Sequence record: DRR723986_6336
Direction: 5' to 3' (one strand)
Length of the DNA: 61,228 bases
A model generated the notes under the pieces. It did no database searches, had not been told where the DNA came from, and saw nothing but the letters and a program-made list of their open reading frames with translations. The translations under genes were made by a program, and so were the position numbers. Below are positions 20,216-28,739 of this stretch, piece by piece (position 1 is the stretch's first letter; every line of letters begins with the position of its first letter).

Positions 20216-20575
20216 TTAAAACAGCCAGCCGAGGGGATCCGGGTATGGCTCGCGTGCGTCCAGAGCTTTGAGCCCTTTGATACAGCGCACTACCAGCCAT
20301 ATTAGACAAAAAAATAAAATAAGCCAGCCCACCAGCACCAAGGACAATACGGTGCCCAGCGTGACGTAAAGCGCGCCAATCCAAAATGTGCGTATTTGAA
20401 ATTGATAGTGACTTCGCAACCAGGGGGCGCAGTCATCTCGATTGATGTAAGCAATTACAACCGCAACGATGGCGGTGATACCAAATACCAGACTGACCAG
20501 ATACAGCACATAGACGACCTTGGCCATATTTTCCGCCGACGATGAAGGCATCGCAGCTTGCGTCATATCATCCAC
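20216..20575 (-). CDS. DUF4870-like membrane protein
   Basis: VYVLYL...SHYQFQIRTFW pattern; about 3-4 TM segments. Confidence 0.7.
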   Translation of the reverse strand: MDDMTQAAMPSSSAENMAKVVYVLYLVSLVFGITAIVAVVIAYINRDDCAPWLRSHYQFQIRTFWIGALYVTLGTVLSLVLVGWLILFFCLIWLVVRCIKGLKALDAREPYPDPLGWLF

Positions 20576-20630
20576 TCCTTGTTGATAGATGCGCTTAACA
20601 CAATCGCTATCCGCTGACCTTAGATCACGA

Positions 20631-21134
20631 TCAAGGGCGTATCAACGCCCCAGTGTCAAAACCCGCTTGCTCAGCCTTGCGCAAAAAGGACTGCCAAACG
20701 TCCTCGCTAACCGCAGGCTCCCTCGCCAGCAACCACAAATAGTCGTTGTCTGGCCCAGAAACGAAGGCGTGCTGGTAGTTTTCGTCCAAGCCAAACACGA
20801 CATAAGACGCATAAAAAGGGCCAAAAAATGACACTTTCAAATGCGCAACCGACGCATCACCAACGAAATAGGCGCGGCCCTCTGCCTCTTTCCACTCGCC
20901 AGCCTCCGCGTCAAAGCCTCGGTTAATCACGCGTACCCCGCCGTCGTCTCGGCGTTCGTACTGCGCGGTAACCTTGCTTAAACCGCGCTCAAAGCGATGA
21001 TCCAGCCGAGCAATTTCATGCCACTGCCCGAGATAGCGATCGAGTACAAAGTTATTCACCGGCGGCGCCCCGGCAGGGTACGAGGTACAGCCGCACAGAA
21101 AACAGATCAGTAGACACAATGACACGCTACGCAT
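20631..21134 (-). CDS. blc: Outer-membrane lipoprotein lipocalin
   Basis: Lipobox LCGC; RYLGQWHEIARLDHRFERG; KVSFFGPFY; YLWLLAR. Confidence 0.88.
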   Translation of the reverse strand: MRSVSLCLLICFLCGCTSYPAGAPPVNNFVLDRYLGQWHEIARLDHRFERGLSKVTAQYERRDDGGVRVINRGFDAEAGEWKEAEGRAYFVGDASVAHLKVSFFGPFYASYVVFGLDENYQHAFVSGPDNDYLWLLAREPAVSEDVWQSFLRKAEQAGFDTGALIRP

Positions 21135-21171
21135 GGCTGGCACTCCTCAATTATCCAGTGATCACCCAAAC

Positions 21172-21195
21172 AAAAACGGGAGCCAAAGCTCCCGT
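21172..21195 (-). terminator. Intrinsic terminator of the Mrp-like operon
   Basis: Minus strand reads ACGGGAGC-TTTG-GCTCCCGT-TTTT. Confidence 0.8.
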
Positions 21196-21219
21196 CACAA
21201 CGCCTAATCTGGGAACAGC

Positions 21220-22920
21220 TTACCAGTAAAAGCTAAAGAATAAATACAGCGCCAAGAATACCGACAGCCAACTTACCATGGTGCCCGTAGACAAGTTGCG
21301 CGACATCACTCCGCCCGGTCCGTGGCTCTGGGCCACTTTCTCTATAACGGCATGAACGGCCTTCATAGCCACAGCACGCATTGCCGAATCGAGTCGCCAC
21401 ATCCACGCTAACAGTTTCTTCACGACGGCCGGCAACAGACGTCTGTATACCCAGTCGAAATCCAGGTTCGTTGAGCGAATCTCTTCCGGGTACCAGCCTT
21501 TGCGAATTAACACGCAAAACGCCAGCGCGGCAAACATCAGTAGCTGCAACTGCGTGATGATGTGGTAGCTGGTATAGGGCTTGTAATCCACCGGGAAAGG
21601 CAGAATTGCATATAAGGGCTCAGGCCAAACACCAATAGCAATACACAGGAAGGCCGTTACCCCCATTGCCAGCAGCATGTTCCAGGGGGCTTCTTTCACC
21701 CGGTGCCCGGCGTCGTGATAAAAGAAGGAAAAGAACGGAACCTTAATGCCCGAGTGATCCAATACCCCGGCCGAGGCAAACAGCAGCACCGTCCACACCA
21801 ACCACTGGTGCTCGGCAGCTGCCGCGGTAAGAATCATTGACTTGGTAACAAAGCCAGAGAACAGCGGGAACGCTGAAATTGACATACCACCAATAATACA
21901 AAACAGCGTGGTCCAAGGCATGGATTTATACAAGCCGCCCAGCTCACTGGCCTTAACCGTACCGACTCTCAACAGCACAGCCCCCATCGACATAAACAAC
22001 AAGGCCTTGTACAGGATATGCGCAAAGGCATGGGCCGCGGCGCCATTCAACGCCAGCTCGGTGCCCAAACCGACGCCAACGACCATAAAACCAAGCTGGT
22101 TATTCAGGCTGTAGGAGAGTACCCGCCGCAGATCGTTTTCAATTACCGCGAAGAAGATCGGGAACGCCGTCATCACCGCGCCAATGGTGATTAATATATC
22201 CTCGCCGGCAAAACCCCGCGCCAGAGCGTAAACCGCCAACTTGGTAGTGAACGCCGACAGTACCACGGTCCCCGTTGCGGTGGCCTCTGGATAGGCGTCT
22301 TGCAACCAATTGTGCAAAAGTGGAAACGCACATTTAATGCCGAAGGCCAGGAAAATAATCCAGCCACCGGGGCTGTCTAAGCCGAGGAGATCAAAGGCCA
22401 ACGAGCCTGTCGCTTGATAGTGAACGATCGCGCCGGCCATTAATAACAAACCGGAAATCACCTGAATAACCAGGTAGCGCAGGCCCACGGTATACGCGCG
22501 TGCCGTGCGGTTTGCCCAGATCAACAGCACAGAGGAAATGGCTGTTAACTCCCAGTACAAGAACAAGGTCAGTAAGTCGCCCGCCAACACGGCGCCAATG
22601 GCGGCCCCGGCATATACCAGCGCTGCAGATTGCTGCATACGGTCTTTCACATGCCAGGCATACAGCCCTGCCAGTATGGCAGCAATATGAAAGATCACCG
22701 CCCATACGAAACTGAGGCCGTCCACGCGCAGCGTTGTCAGTGTTAGACCGTATAACGAAACAATACCCTGCTCACCATTGGGCAACTGGCAAAGCATCAG
22801 CAAACCCAATGCCGGCGTTACCACCGCCAGGGGACCCAGCAATTTTGTGGGAAGGCGAATCGCCAGCAGCCCTGCCAACATCATCAACAGGGCGGGATTC
22901 ATCAGCCAATCATTCGCCAT
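21220..22920 (-). CDS. MrpD/NuoL-like proton-conducting subunit (third copy, with C-terminal extension)
   Basis: WELTA; KCAFPLLHNWLQDAY; HAFAHILYKALLF; C-terminal DFDWVY, helix and final TM. Confidence 0.85.
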   Translation of the reverse strand: MANDWLMNPALLMMLAGLLAIRLPTKLLGPLAVVTPALGLLMLCQLPNGEQGIVSLYGLTLTTLRVDGLSFVWAVIFHIAAILAGLYAWHVKDRMQQSAALVYAGAAIGAVLAGDLLTLFLYWELTAISSVLLIWANRTARAYTVGLRYLVIQVISGLLLMAGAIVHYQATGSLAFDLLGLDSPGGWIIFLAFGIKCAFPLLHNWLQDAYPEATATGTVVLSAFTTKLAVYALARGFAGEDILITIGAVMTAFPIFFAVIENDLRRVLSYSLNNQLGFMVVGVGLGTELALNGAAAHAFAHILYKALLFMSMGAVLLRVGTVKASELGGLYKSMPWTTLFCIIGGMSISAFPLFSGFVTKSMILTAAAAEHQWLVWTVLLFASAGVLDHSGIKVPFFSFFYHDAGHRVKEAPWNMLLAMGVTAFLCIAIGVWPEPLYAILPFPVDYKPYTSYHIITQLQLLMFAALAFCVLIRKGWYPEEIRSTNLDFDWVYRRLLPAVVKKLLAWMWRLDSAMRAVAMKAVHAVIEKVAQSHGPGGVMSRNLSTGTMVSWLSVFLALYLFFSFYW

Positions 22921-23161
22921 AATAATCCTCGCTACGTTTCAACACACGACGCAGCGCCTTTGCAGAGAAAACGATCGTGCAATACGCCAAAAATCCGAAG
23001 CCCGCGTAAAAGCCGAAAGATCCATCAAAGCCAAAATAAGGGTGCTTTTCGTAAAAAAATTCAGCGACGAGTAAAACGCCACAAATCAGATAGACCAGGT
23101 AGACCAACTTGTCGACATTGGCCGGCTGCTCCAGCCATGCTTTTTTATCCGATGTCTTCAT
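22910..23161 (-). CDS. Small 2-TM protein embedded in the Mrp-like operon
   Basis: 83 aa, two hydrophobic segments, overlaps both neighbouring genes. Confidence 0.75.
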   Translation of the reverse strand: MKTSDKKAWLEQPANVDKLVYLVYLICGVLLVAEFFYEKHPYFGFDGSFGFYAGFGFLAYCTIVFSAKALRRVLKRSEDYYGE

Positions 23162-24630
23162 GTCAGGCTAATTCCTTGCAGAAACTGCATAATGGGCCCT
23201 GCGGTAAAAAACAGCACAATACAACTGAGCGCCGTTACGCACAGCGCCAATAGTGATGGCCACGGCGCTTCCCCGCCATGGTGGTGATCGCTTTCACTGG
23301 CAGGAGCAGCGCGCAGAAAGGCCCGCGCCGGTAATTCCAAAAGGTAAACAATATTCAACAGCGAACTCAGCGCTAATACTGCCAATACAAATAACTGATC
23401 GCTATCAACAGCCCCCAGCATCAGCGTCCATTTGCTCCATGTGCCACCCGTGGGCGGCAAGCCAATAATCGACAAGGCCGCAATGGTGAACGCCGCAAAG
23501 GTATAAGGCATTTTTTTACCTAAGCCGTCCAGCTCACTCACCAGCGTTTTATGCGCGGCAACATAAATTGCCCCTGCACAGAAAAACAGGGTGATTTTGC
23601 CCGCCGCATGCATGGCAATGTGCAAAGCGCTTCCCAACACGCCATTGGCGCTGGCAAGGAAGGCGCCCAAGGTAATATAGCCAAGCTGACTGATGGTGGA
23701 ATATGCCAATCGCGCCTTAATATTGTCCTGGCGCATGGCCACTAGCGACGCCAGCAGAATAGAGGCACATGCCAGATAGATCAGCCACTGCGTGACCGGT
23801 AGCGACTGCACCGCGTCAATACCAAAGATAAATACCACGACCTTCAGCACGGTGAAGACCCCCGCCTTCACCACCGCCACAGCGTGAAGCAACGCTGAAA
23901 CAGGCGTCGGCGCCACCATCGCACTCGGCAACCACCGGTGGAACGGCATCAATGCGGCCTTGCCGACACCAAAGGCAAATAACACTAACAATACCGACAG
24001 CAAAACAACGGACGTTCCTTCCTCGAAAACGCCTCCCGCTGTGAAGCTCAGTGTGCCGCTTTGCATCCAGGTAATAATCATCGCCGGCAGGAAAAACGCG
24101 ATGGAGGTACTCAACAAGATGCCCAGATACACACGGCCACCGTGCTTAGCTTTATCCGTGCCCGCATGGGTAACAAGTGGGTAGGTGCAAAGCGACAGTA
24201 CTTCGTAGAATACAAATAAAGTAAACAGGTTCTCGGCAAGGGCAACACCCATCACCGCGGCGATCGCCACAGCAAAGCAGGCATAGAATCGTGTTTGATT
24301 CTGTTCGTTATGGCCGCGCATATAACCGATGGCGTACACCACTGTCACAAACCACAGCGAGCTCGCTATTAGCGCAAACATCATCCCGAGGGGCTCGACA
24401 TGGAAGGCGATCGTCAAGCCTGGCAATAGCTCCCACCACTGCGCGGCCAGCACGGTGCCCGCCTGCAACTTCTGAAAGAGGTTCACTGACAGCCAGGTCA
24501 ACGCCGCGGCGGCAATGAGTGACACCGCTTCACGCAGGTTTTGCTTATTGCCAAACAATAAAATACCCGGCACGGCCAATACAGGCGTAAGAATCGTTAG
24601 ACTGATCAACAGCTCTGTGGTCATTGTCAT
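23158..24630 (-). CDS. MrpD-like antiporter subunit (second copy)
   Basis: FYEVLS; KAALMPFHRWLPSAMVAPTPVSALLH; LAYSTISQLGY; ATGA coupling. Confidence 0.88.
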   Translation of the reverse strand: MTMTTELLISLTILTPVLAVPGILLFGNKQNLREAVSLIAAAALTWLSVNLFQKLQAGTVLAAQWWELLPGLTIAFHVEPLGMMFALIASSLWFVTVVYAIGYMRGHNEQNQTRFYACFAVAIAAVMGVALAENLFTLFVFYEVLSLCTYPLVTHAGTDKAKHGGRVYLGILLSTSIAFFLPAMIITWMQSGTLSFTAGGVFEEGTSVVLLSVLLVLFAFGVGKAALMPFHRWLPSAMVAPTPVSALLHAVAVVKAGVFTVLKVVVFIFGIDAVQSLPVTQWLIYLACASILLASLVAMRQDNIKARLAYSTISQLGYITLGAFLASANGVLGSALHIAMHAAGKITLFFCAGAIYVAAHKTLVSELDGLGKKMPYTFAAFTIAALSIIGLPPTGGTWSKWTLMLGAVDSDQLFVLAVLALSSLLNIVYLLELPARAFLRAAPASESDHHHGGEAPWPSLLALCVTALSCIVLFFTAGPIMQFLQGISLT

Positions 24631-26102
24631 TTGCCCCACCCCAACAGTGCTTGGGCCGCATCAGCCGTCACAGATACGGGTAGCGCCGTATCGATACCGA
24701 AATAAATATTGGCGACCACCAGCAACCAGAGCGGCAGCAATACACTGACGGGAGCTTCTGAAACCTGACTCGATGCCGGCGGGTCGCGGAAGTACATCAC
24801 CTCCACAACGCGCCAAATGTACATAACGGCAAGTAAAGAGCCGACCAGTATCAGTGCCGCAACCGGCAACATGCCCATTTCCAGTGTCGCGATAACCAAA
24901 TACCACTTGCTAATAAACCCGACGGTCAGCGGCACGCCGATGAGGCTCAAACCACCGAGGACAAATGCCATTGCAGTCAGCGGCATACGCTGAGACAAGC
25001 CAGCCAAGTCATCCAGACGTGTGCTGCCCATACGCAGCGCCACGGCTGCCAGGCTCATAAACAACGCGCCTTTCATCAGTGCGTGGTTAAATAAATGCAA
25101 CAGGGTTGCCTGCAAGCCCGCCGCACTGCCGAGCCCCAAACCGATAATCATGTAACCGATCTGAGCGACACTTGAATAGGCGATCGCGCGCTTAATGTCG
25201 ATCTGCAGGATTGCCACCAGCGACGCGCTGAACACCGCAATCAAGCCCAGGGCAATAAATAGCTGATGAAGGGGTATATCCATGGCGCCGAAGTCGGCAC
25301 CAAATACCGTAAAGCTAAAGCGAATTAGCAAGTACACCGCAACTTTCGTCGCTGTCGCCGCGAGAAATGCGGTAACGGCCGACGGGGCATAGGCATACGC
25401 ATTGGGCAACCACAGGTGCAGCGGAAACAGCGCCAACTTCAAACACACGCCAACAATCACAAAGGCATAGGCAGCGAAAACCGTGCGAGTGTCTGCAACA
25501 ACAGGCAGGCGCTGGGCGAGGTCCTGCATATTGAGGGTGCCGGTCATCATGTACATGAGGCCAATACCAATCAGGATAAAGGTGGCGCCGATGGTGCCAA
25601 CAATCAGGTATTGGTAACTGGCCCACAGCGCTTTGCGGTCGCGGCCTAGGGAGATTAACGTGTAGGTCGACAGCGACGACACTTCCAGGAAGACGAAAAC
25701 ATTGAATGCATCGCCTGTTGCGAGAATGCCGAGTAAGCCGGCGAGGCATAACAACCACGACACGTAGAAAAGTGTCTGTTTATTCGGCTCGACCTCTGCC
25801 GCCACGCTCTGACGGGTTCCCGCCAACACTACCGTGCTTAACGACGAGACGATCAGCAGTAAAAAGGCATTGAGCAGGTCTATGCGGTATTCGATCCCCC
25901 AGGGCGCTTCCCAGCCGCCGAGAAAATAGCTAATAGGCCCCTCTAACCAAACCTGTTGCAGCAACAGCATGCTAATGAGCATGGCGGCAGCACTGGTAGC
26001 AAAGCTAAACCCCCACGCCAGCGCCGGGCGACCAAGAATTAAGCACGACGGCGCCGCAAGAAGCGGTAAAATAACCTGCAGTATGGGAAGGTGACTCAAC
26101 AC
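24627..26102 (-). CDS. mrpD: MrpD antiporter subunit
   Basis: DAFNVFVFLEV; KLALFPLHLWLPNAY; AYSSVAQIGY; NHALMKG. Confidence 0.9.
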   Translation of the reverse strand: MLSHLPILQVILPLLAAPSCLILGRPALAWGFSFATSAAAMLISMLLLQQVWLEGPISYFLGGWEAPWGIEYRIDLLNAFLLLIVSSLSTVVLAGTRQSVAAEVEPNKQTLFYVSWLLCLAGLLGILATGDAFNVFVFLEVSSLSTYTLISLGRDRKALWASYQYLIVGTIGATFILIGIGLMYMMTGTLNMQDLAQRLPVVADTRTVFAAYAFVIVGVCLKLALFPLHLWLPNAYAYAPSAVTAFLAATATKVAVYLLIRFSFTVFGADFGAMDIPLHQLFIALGLIAVFSASLVAILQIDIKRAIAYSSVAQIGYMIIGLGLGSAAGLQATLLHLFNHALMKGALFMSLAAVALRMGSTRLDDLAGLSQRMPLTAMAFVLGGLSLIGVPLTVGFISKWYLVIATLEMGMLPVAALILVGSLLAVMYIWRVVEVMYFRDPPASSQVSEAPVSVLLPLWLLVVANIYFGIDTALPVSVTADAAQALLGWGK

Positions 26103-26452
26103 TGATTCTGTTCCTGAATATCTTTTTCTTCCGCACTGCCGTATGCCTCGCGCAGGCGAATAATCAGCGCCAGCCCTAGTGCAGTGGTCGCAATGCCCAC
26201 AACAATCGCAGTCAGAATTAATACGTGGGGCAGCGGGTTGGAGTAGACCGAAATCGCGTCATCCAAAATGGGAGCACTGCCGCCCGATACCTTGCCCGCG
26301 CTGATATACAAAATGAACACCGAGGTCTGGAAGATGTTCAAACCCACCAGCTTTTTGACCAGATTGCCCTGGGCGATCACGATATAAAAACCAATCATCA
26401 TCAACACCATCACAACCCAGTAGTTGTAATGGGTAAGCAGCATGTCAGTCAT
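26096..26452 (-). CDS. mrpC: MrpC antiporter subunit
   Basis: NLVKKLVGL; NPLPHVLILTAIVVG. Confidence 0.9.
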   Translation of the reverse strand: MTDMLLTHYNYWVVMVLMMIGFYIVIAQGNLVKKLVGLNIFQTSVFILYISAGKVSGGSAPILDDAISVYSNPLPHVLILTAIVVGIATTALGLALIIRLREAYGSAEEKDIQEQNQC

Positions 26453-27437
26453 CTTGATGCCCCCTGTCGACCAAGCGCCCGGCAAAGGAGAAGTAAATCA
26501 GCACCATTACCGCCGCAACGGTAATGCCAACGCCCAGTTCGATAACGATGATGCCGTAGTGTTGGCCGTGGAGTGGATCCTTGGCCAGCACATCGTAGTC
26601 AAGAAAGTTGCCACCGTTAACCATGGAGACAACACCGACGGCGCCATACAACAGCACACCGACCGCCGCCATCACCCTTACCCAGGCTTGATCAATCACC
26701 TGGCGAGCGGAATCCAGCCCGAACAACATGGTGTAAACAATTATCGCCGCGGCAAAGATCACCCCTGCCTGGAAGCCGCCACCGGGGCCATAGTCGCCGT
26801 GGAACTGAACGTACAGAGCGAAAAGCAGAATAGGCGCGATCAGCACCTTGCTGACGATACGCAGAATTTTATGTTGACTGGCCTTCAGTAAGTGACTGGA
26901 AAGCGGTTTGGTCGCCCTGTCGCCAACCATCAGCAATGACAGCACACCGACGCCGGCGGTAAAAATCACCGTGACCTCACCAAACGTATCGAAGCCGCGA
27001 TAGGTCGCCAGCACCGACGTCACAATGTTGGGAATACCCACTTCTTGTCCCGATTGCTCGATGTAGCGCGGCGCAACATGCTGCTGTGCCGGCGCATCCG
27101 GCGCACCAAACGCGGGCATATCCATGGTAGCCACTAACAACAATGCACCAGTGATGCTCACCAACACCAGGGCAGACAGCGACCAGCGATGGGGAAGCTT
27201 TTCGTAACGTCCGACAATCGCCATGGTTGTAAACATAAGCAGCGGCGAAATTCCGGCACCCACGGCCGCCTCAGTAAACGCCACATCCACGGCATCCATT
27301 GTCACAAAGAAATTGGCGGACAGCAGTCCGTAGATCGACGACAACATCACCACAGACAGCAGGTCGCGATTCACCGCTATACCAATCGCGGTGGCAATCA
27401 GCATACTCAGCAAACTGATATCGATAAAAAGTTCTAT
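26445..27437 (-). CDS. mrpB: DUF4040-MrpB fusion subunit
   Basis: AVDVAFTEAAVGAG; PNIVTSVLATYRGFDTFGE; PGGGFQAG. Start uncertain: ATA 27437 after GGAGGA, or TTG 27413. Confidence 0.85.
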   Translation of the reverse strand: MELFIDISLLSMLIATAIGIAVNRDLLSVVMLSSIYGLLSANFFVTMDAVDVAFTEAAVGAGISPLLMFTTMAIVGRYEKLPHRWSLSALVLVSITGALLLVATMDMPAFGAPDAPAQQHVAPRYIEQSGQEVGIPNIVTSVLATYRGFDTFGEVTVIFTAGVGVLSLLMVGDRATKPLSSHLLKASQHKILRIVSKVLIAPILLFALYVQFHGDYGPGGGFQAGVIFAAAIIVYTMLFGLDSARQVIDQAWVRVMAAVGVLLYGAVGVVSMVNGGNFLDYDVLAKDPLHGQHYGIIVIELGVGITVAAVMVLIYFSFAGRLVDRGHQDD

Positions 27438-27465
27438 GGCGAAATCCTCCGGGCCTCTATCACAT

Positions 27466-27780
27466 TTACCGCTGCAGCGACTTTCCGGTTAACGGCTTTA
27501 CGCCTGCCTTCCACGCCGCCTTGCCCAAAGCATGGCTGGATGTTGGGCCGGTAATCAGCAAAAACGCCAGTATCATCATCAATTTGAGAAGTACCAGGCT
27601 AAAGCCAGCGAGCAACATCAGCGCCAGCAGTATCAGGCATGCACCGAGGGTGTCAGTAATCCCGGCTGCATGCATACGGCTGTACACATCGGGAAAACGT
27701 AACACGCCAATACCGCCAGACAATAATAAGAAGCTGCCAGCGGCGAGCAGGACGGCGCTCAATAACTCATAGGTCTCCAT
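27466..27780 (-). CDS. mrpG: MrpG subunit
   Basis: GVLRFPDVYSRMHAAG; TGPTSSHAL. Confidence 0.9.
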   Translation of the reverse strand: METYELLSAVLLAAGSFLLLSGGIGVLRFPDVYSRMHAAGITDTLGACLILLALMLLAGFSLVLLKLMMILAFLLITGPTSSHALGKAAWKAGVKPLTGKSLQR

Positions 27781-28061
27781 CACGCGTCCTCCTCTTGGCT
27801 ACTGCTATTTTCATCTTCCAGGTACTCAATAAGCCTGAGCATACCGATCACGCCAATAAAGTTAATCAGCGCGTATACCATCGCAATATCTAAAAATTCT
27901 GGCCGACCAAATAGAAAGCCAATCACCGCTATCAATAGGACGGTTTTGGTTCCGAACATATTCGCTGCAAGAATGCGATCAAATACGGTGGGGCCTACAA
28001 ACGCTCGGGACAGCGCCAAGGCCATAACCAGTAGCAACGTCACTGTGGTAACTGTCAGCAT
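27780..28061 (-). CDS. mrpF: MrpF subunit
   Basis: GPTVFDRILA; DIAMVYALINF; TGATG overlaps at both ends. Confidence 0.9.
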   Translation of the reverse strand: MLTVTTVTLLLVMALALSRAFVGPTVFDRILAANMFGTKTVLLIAVIGFLFGRPEFLDIAMVYALINFIGVIGMLRLIEYLEDENSSSQEEDA

Positions 28062-28531
28062 CACTCTTCCAACCCGCAAACTCGTCGGCTCATCTCACCG
28101 CTTTTCAGCTCAGCCATGCCGTCAATACTGAGGGAGTGCACCAAAATATAATCGTCTTCAACCACCACAGAGAGCGTACCCGGCGTCAAATTAATGGAGT
28201 TCGCGTAAATCACCCGGCCGATATCCGTCTTCTGAGGGGCCGGTACTCGCTCGAATTGCGGGCTGATTGACGACGGTCCCCGCCAGGCACGTATCACCAC
28301 GTCGATATTGCTGGCGACGATTTTTTTGAACAACCAGAAGTAGTAAGCAGGAAGTTTTGTGGTGAGATGCAGCGGCTGTGACTCGTGATCGACAACATCC
28401 ATACGATGAGTGATCCACAGCACGAGGGCGATGGACACAACCCCAAAGCTCAGTAACAGCGCATCATAATGGCCGGAATTCCCCAGCCAAATAGCGGCCA
28501 ACACCAGAGTTACACTGGCAGTATGTCGCAT
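28061..28531 (-). CDS. mrpE: MrpE subunit
   Basis: YANSINLTPGT; ILVHSL; AGGAG SD before ATG 28531. Confidence 0.9.
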   Translation of the reverse strand: MRHTASVTLVLAAIWLGNSGHYDALLLSFGVVSIALVLWITHRMDVVDHESQPLHLTTKLPAYYFWLFKKIVASNIDVVIRAWRGPSSISPQFERVPAPQKTDIGRVIYANSINLTPGTLSVVVEDDYILVHSLSIDGMAELKSGEMSRRVCGLEE

Positions 28532-28739
28532 AAGTCTCCTAACAGCACAGCGAGTCGTTGCCTTGCGAAAACCTGAGGTGCATCGCCCCACGAACTCCGA
28601 CAACGGATTGTTATTTTATTGACCTAGATCATACCAAAAGCGCGAAAAATCGTTGTTTTTGGTCGCCAGGGCCCTTGGATTGTAAAAAAGGTTCTCTCAC
28701 AGAGTCCAGAAAAATCGGTTCTAATTGCCCACCGCCCAC

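Noticed and set aside
21130-21165. ECF11 promoter for the lipocalin gene
   Set aside because: TGATCA is present, but the nearest CGTA is far beyond the 16-nt spacer and lies inside the CDS.
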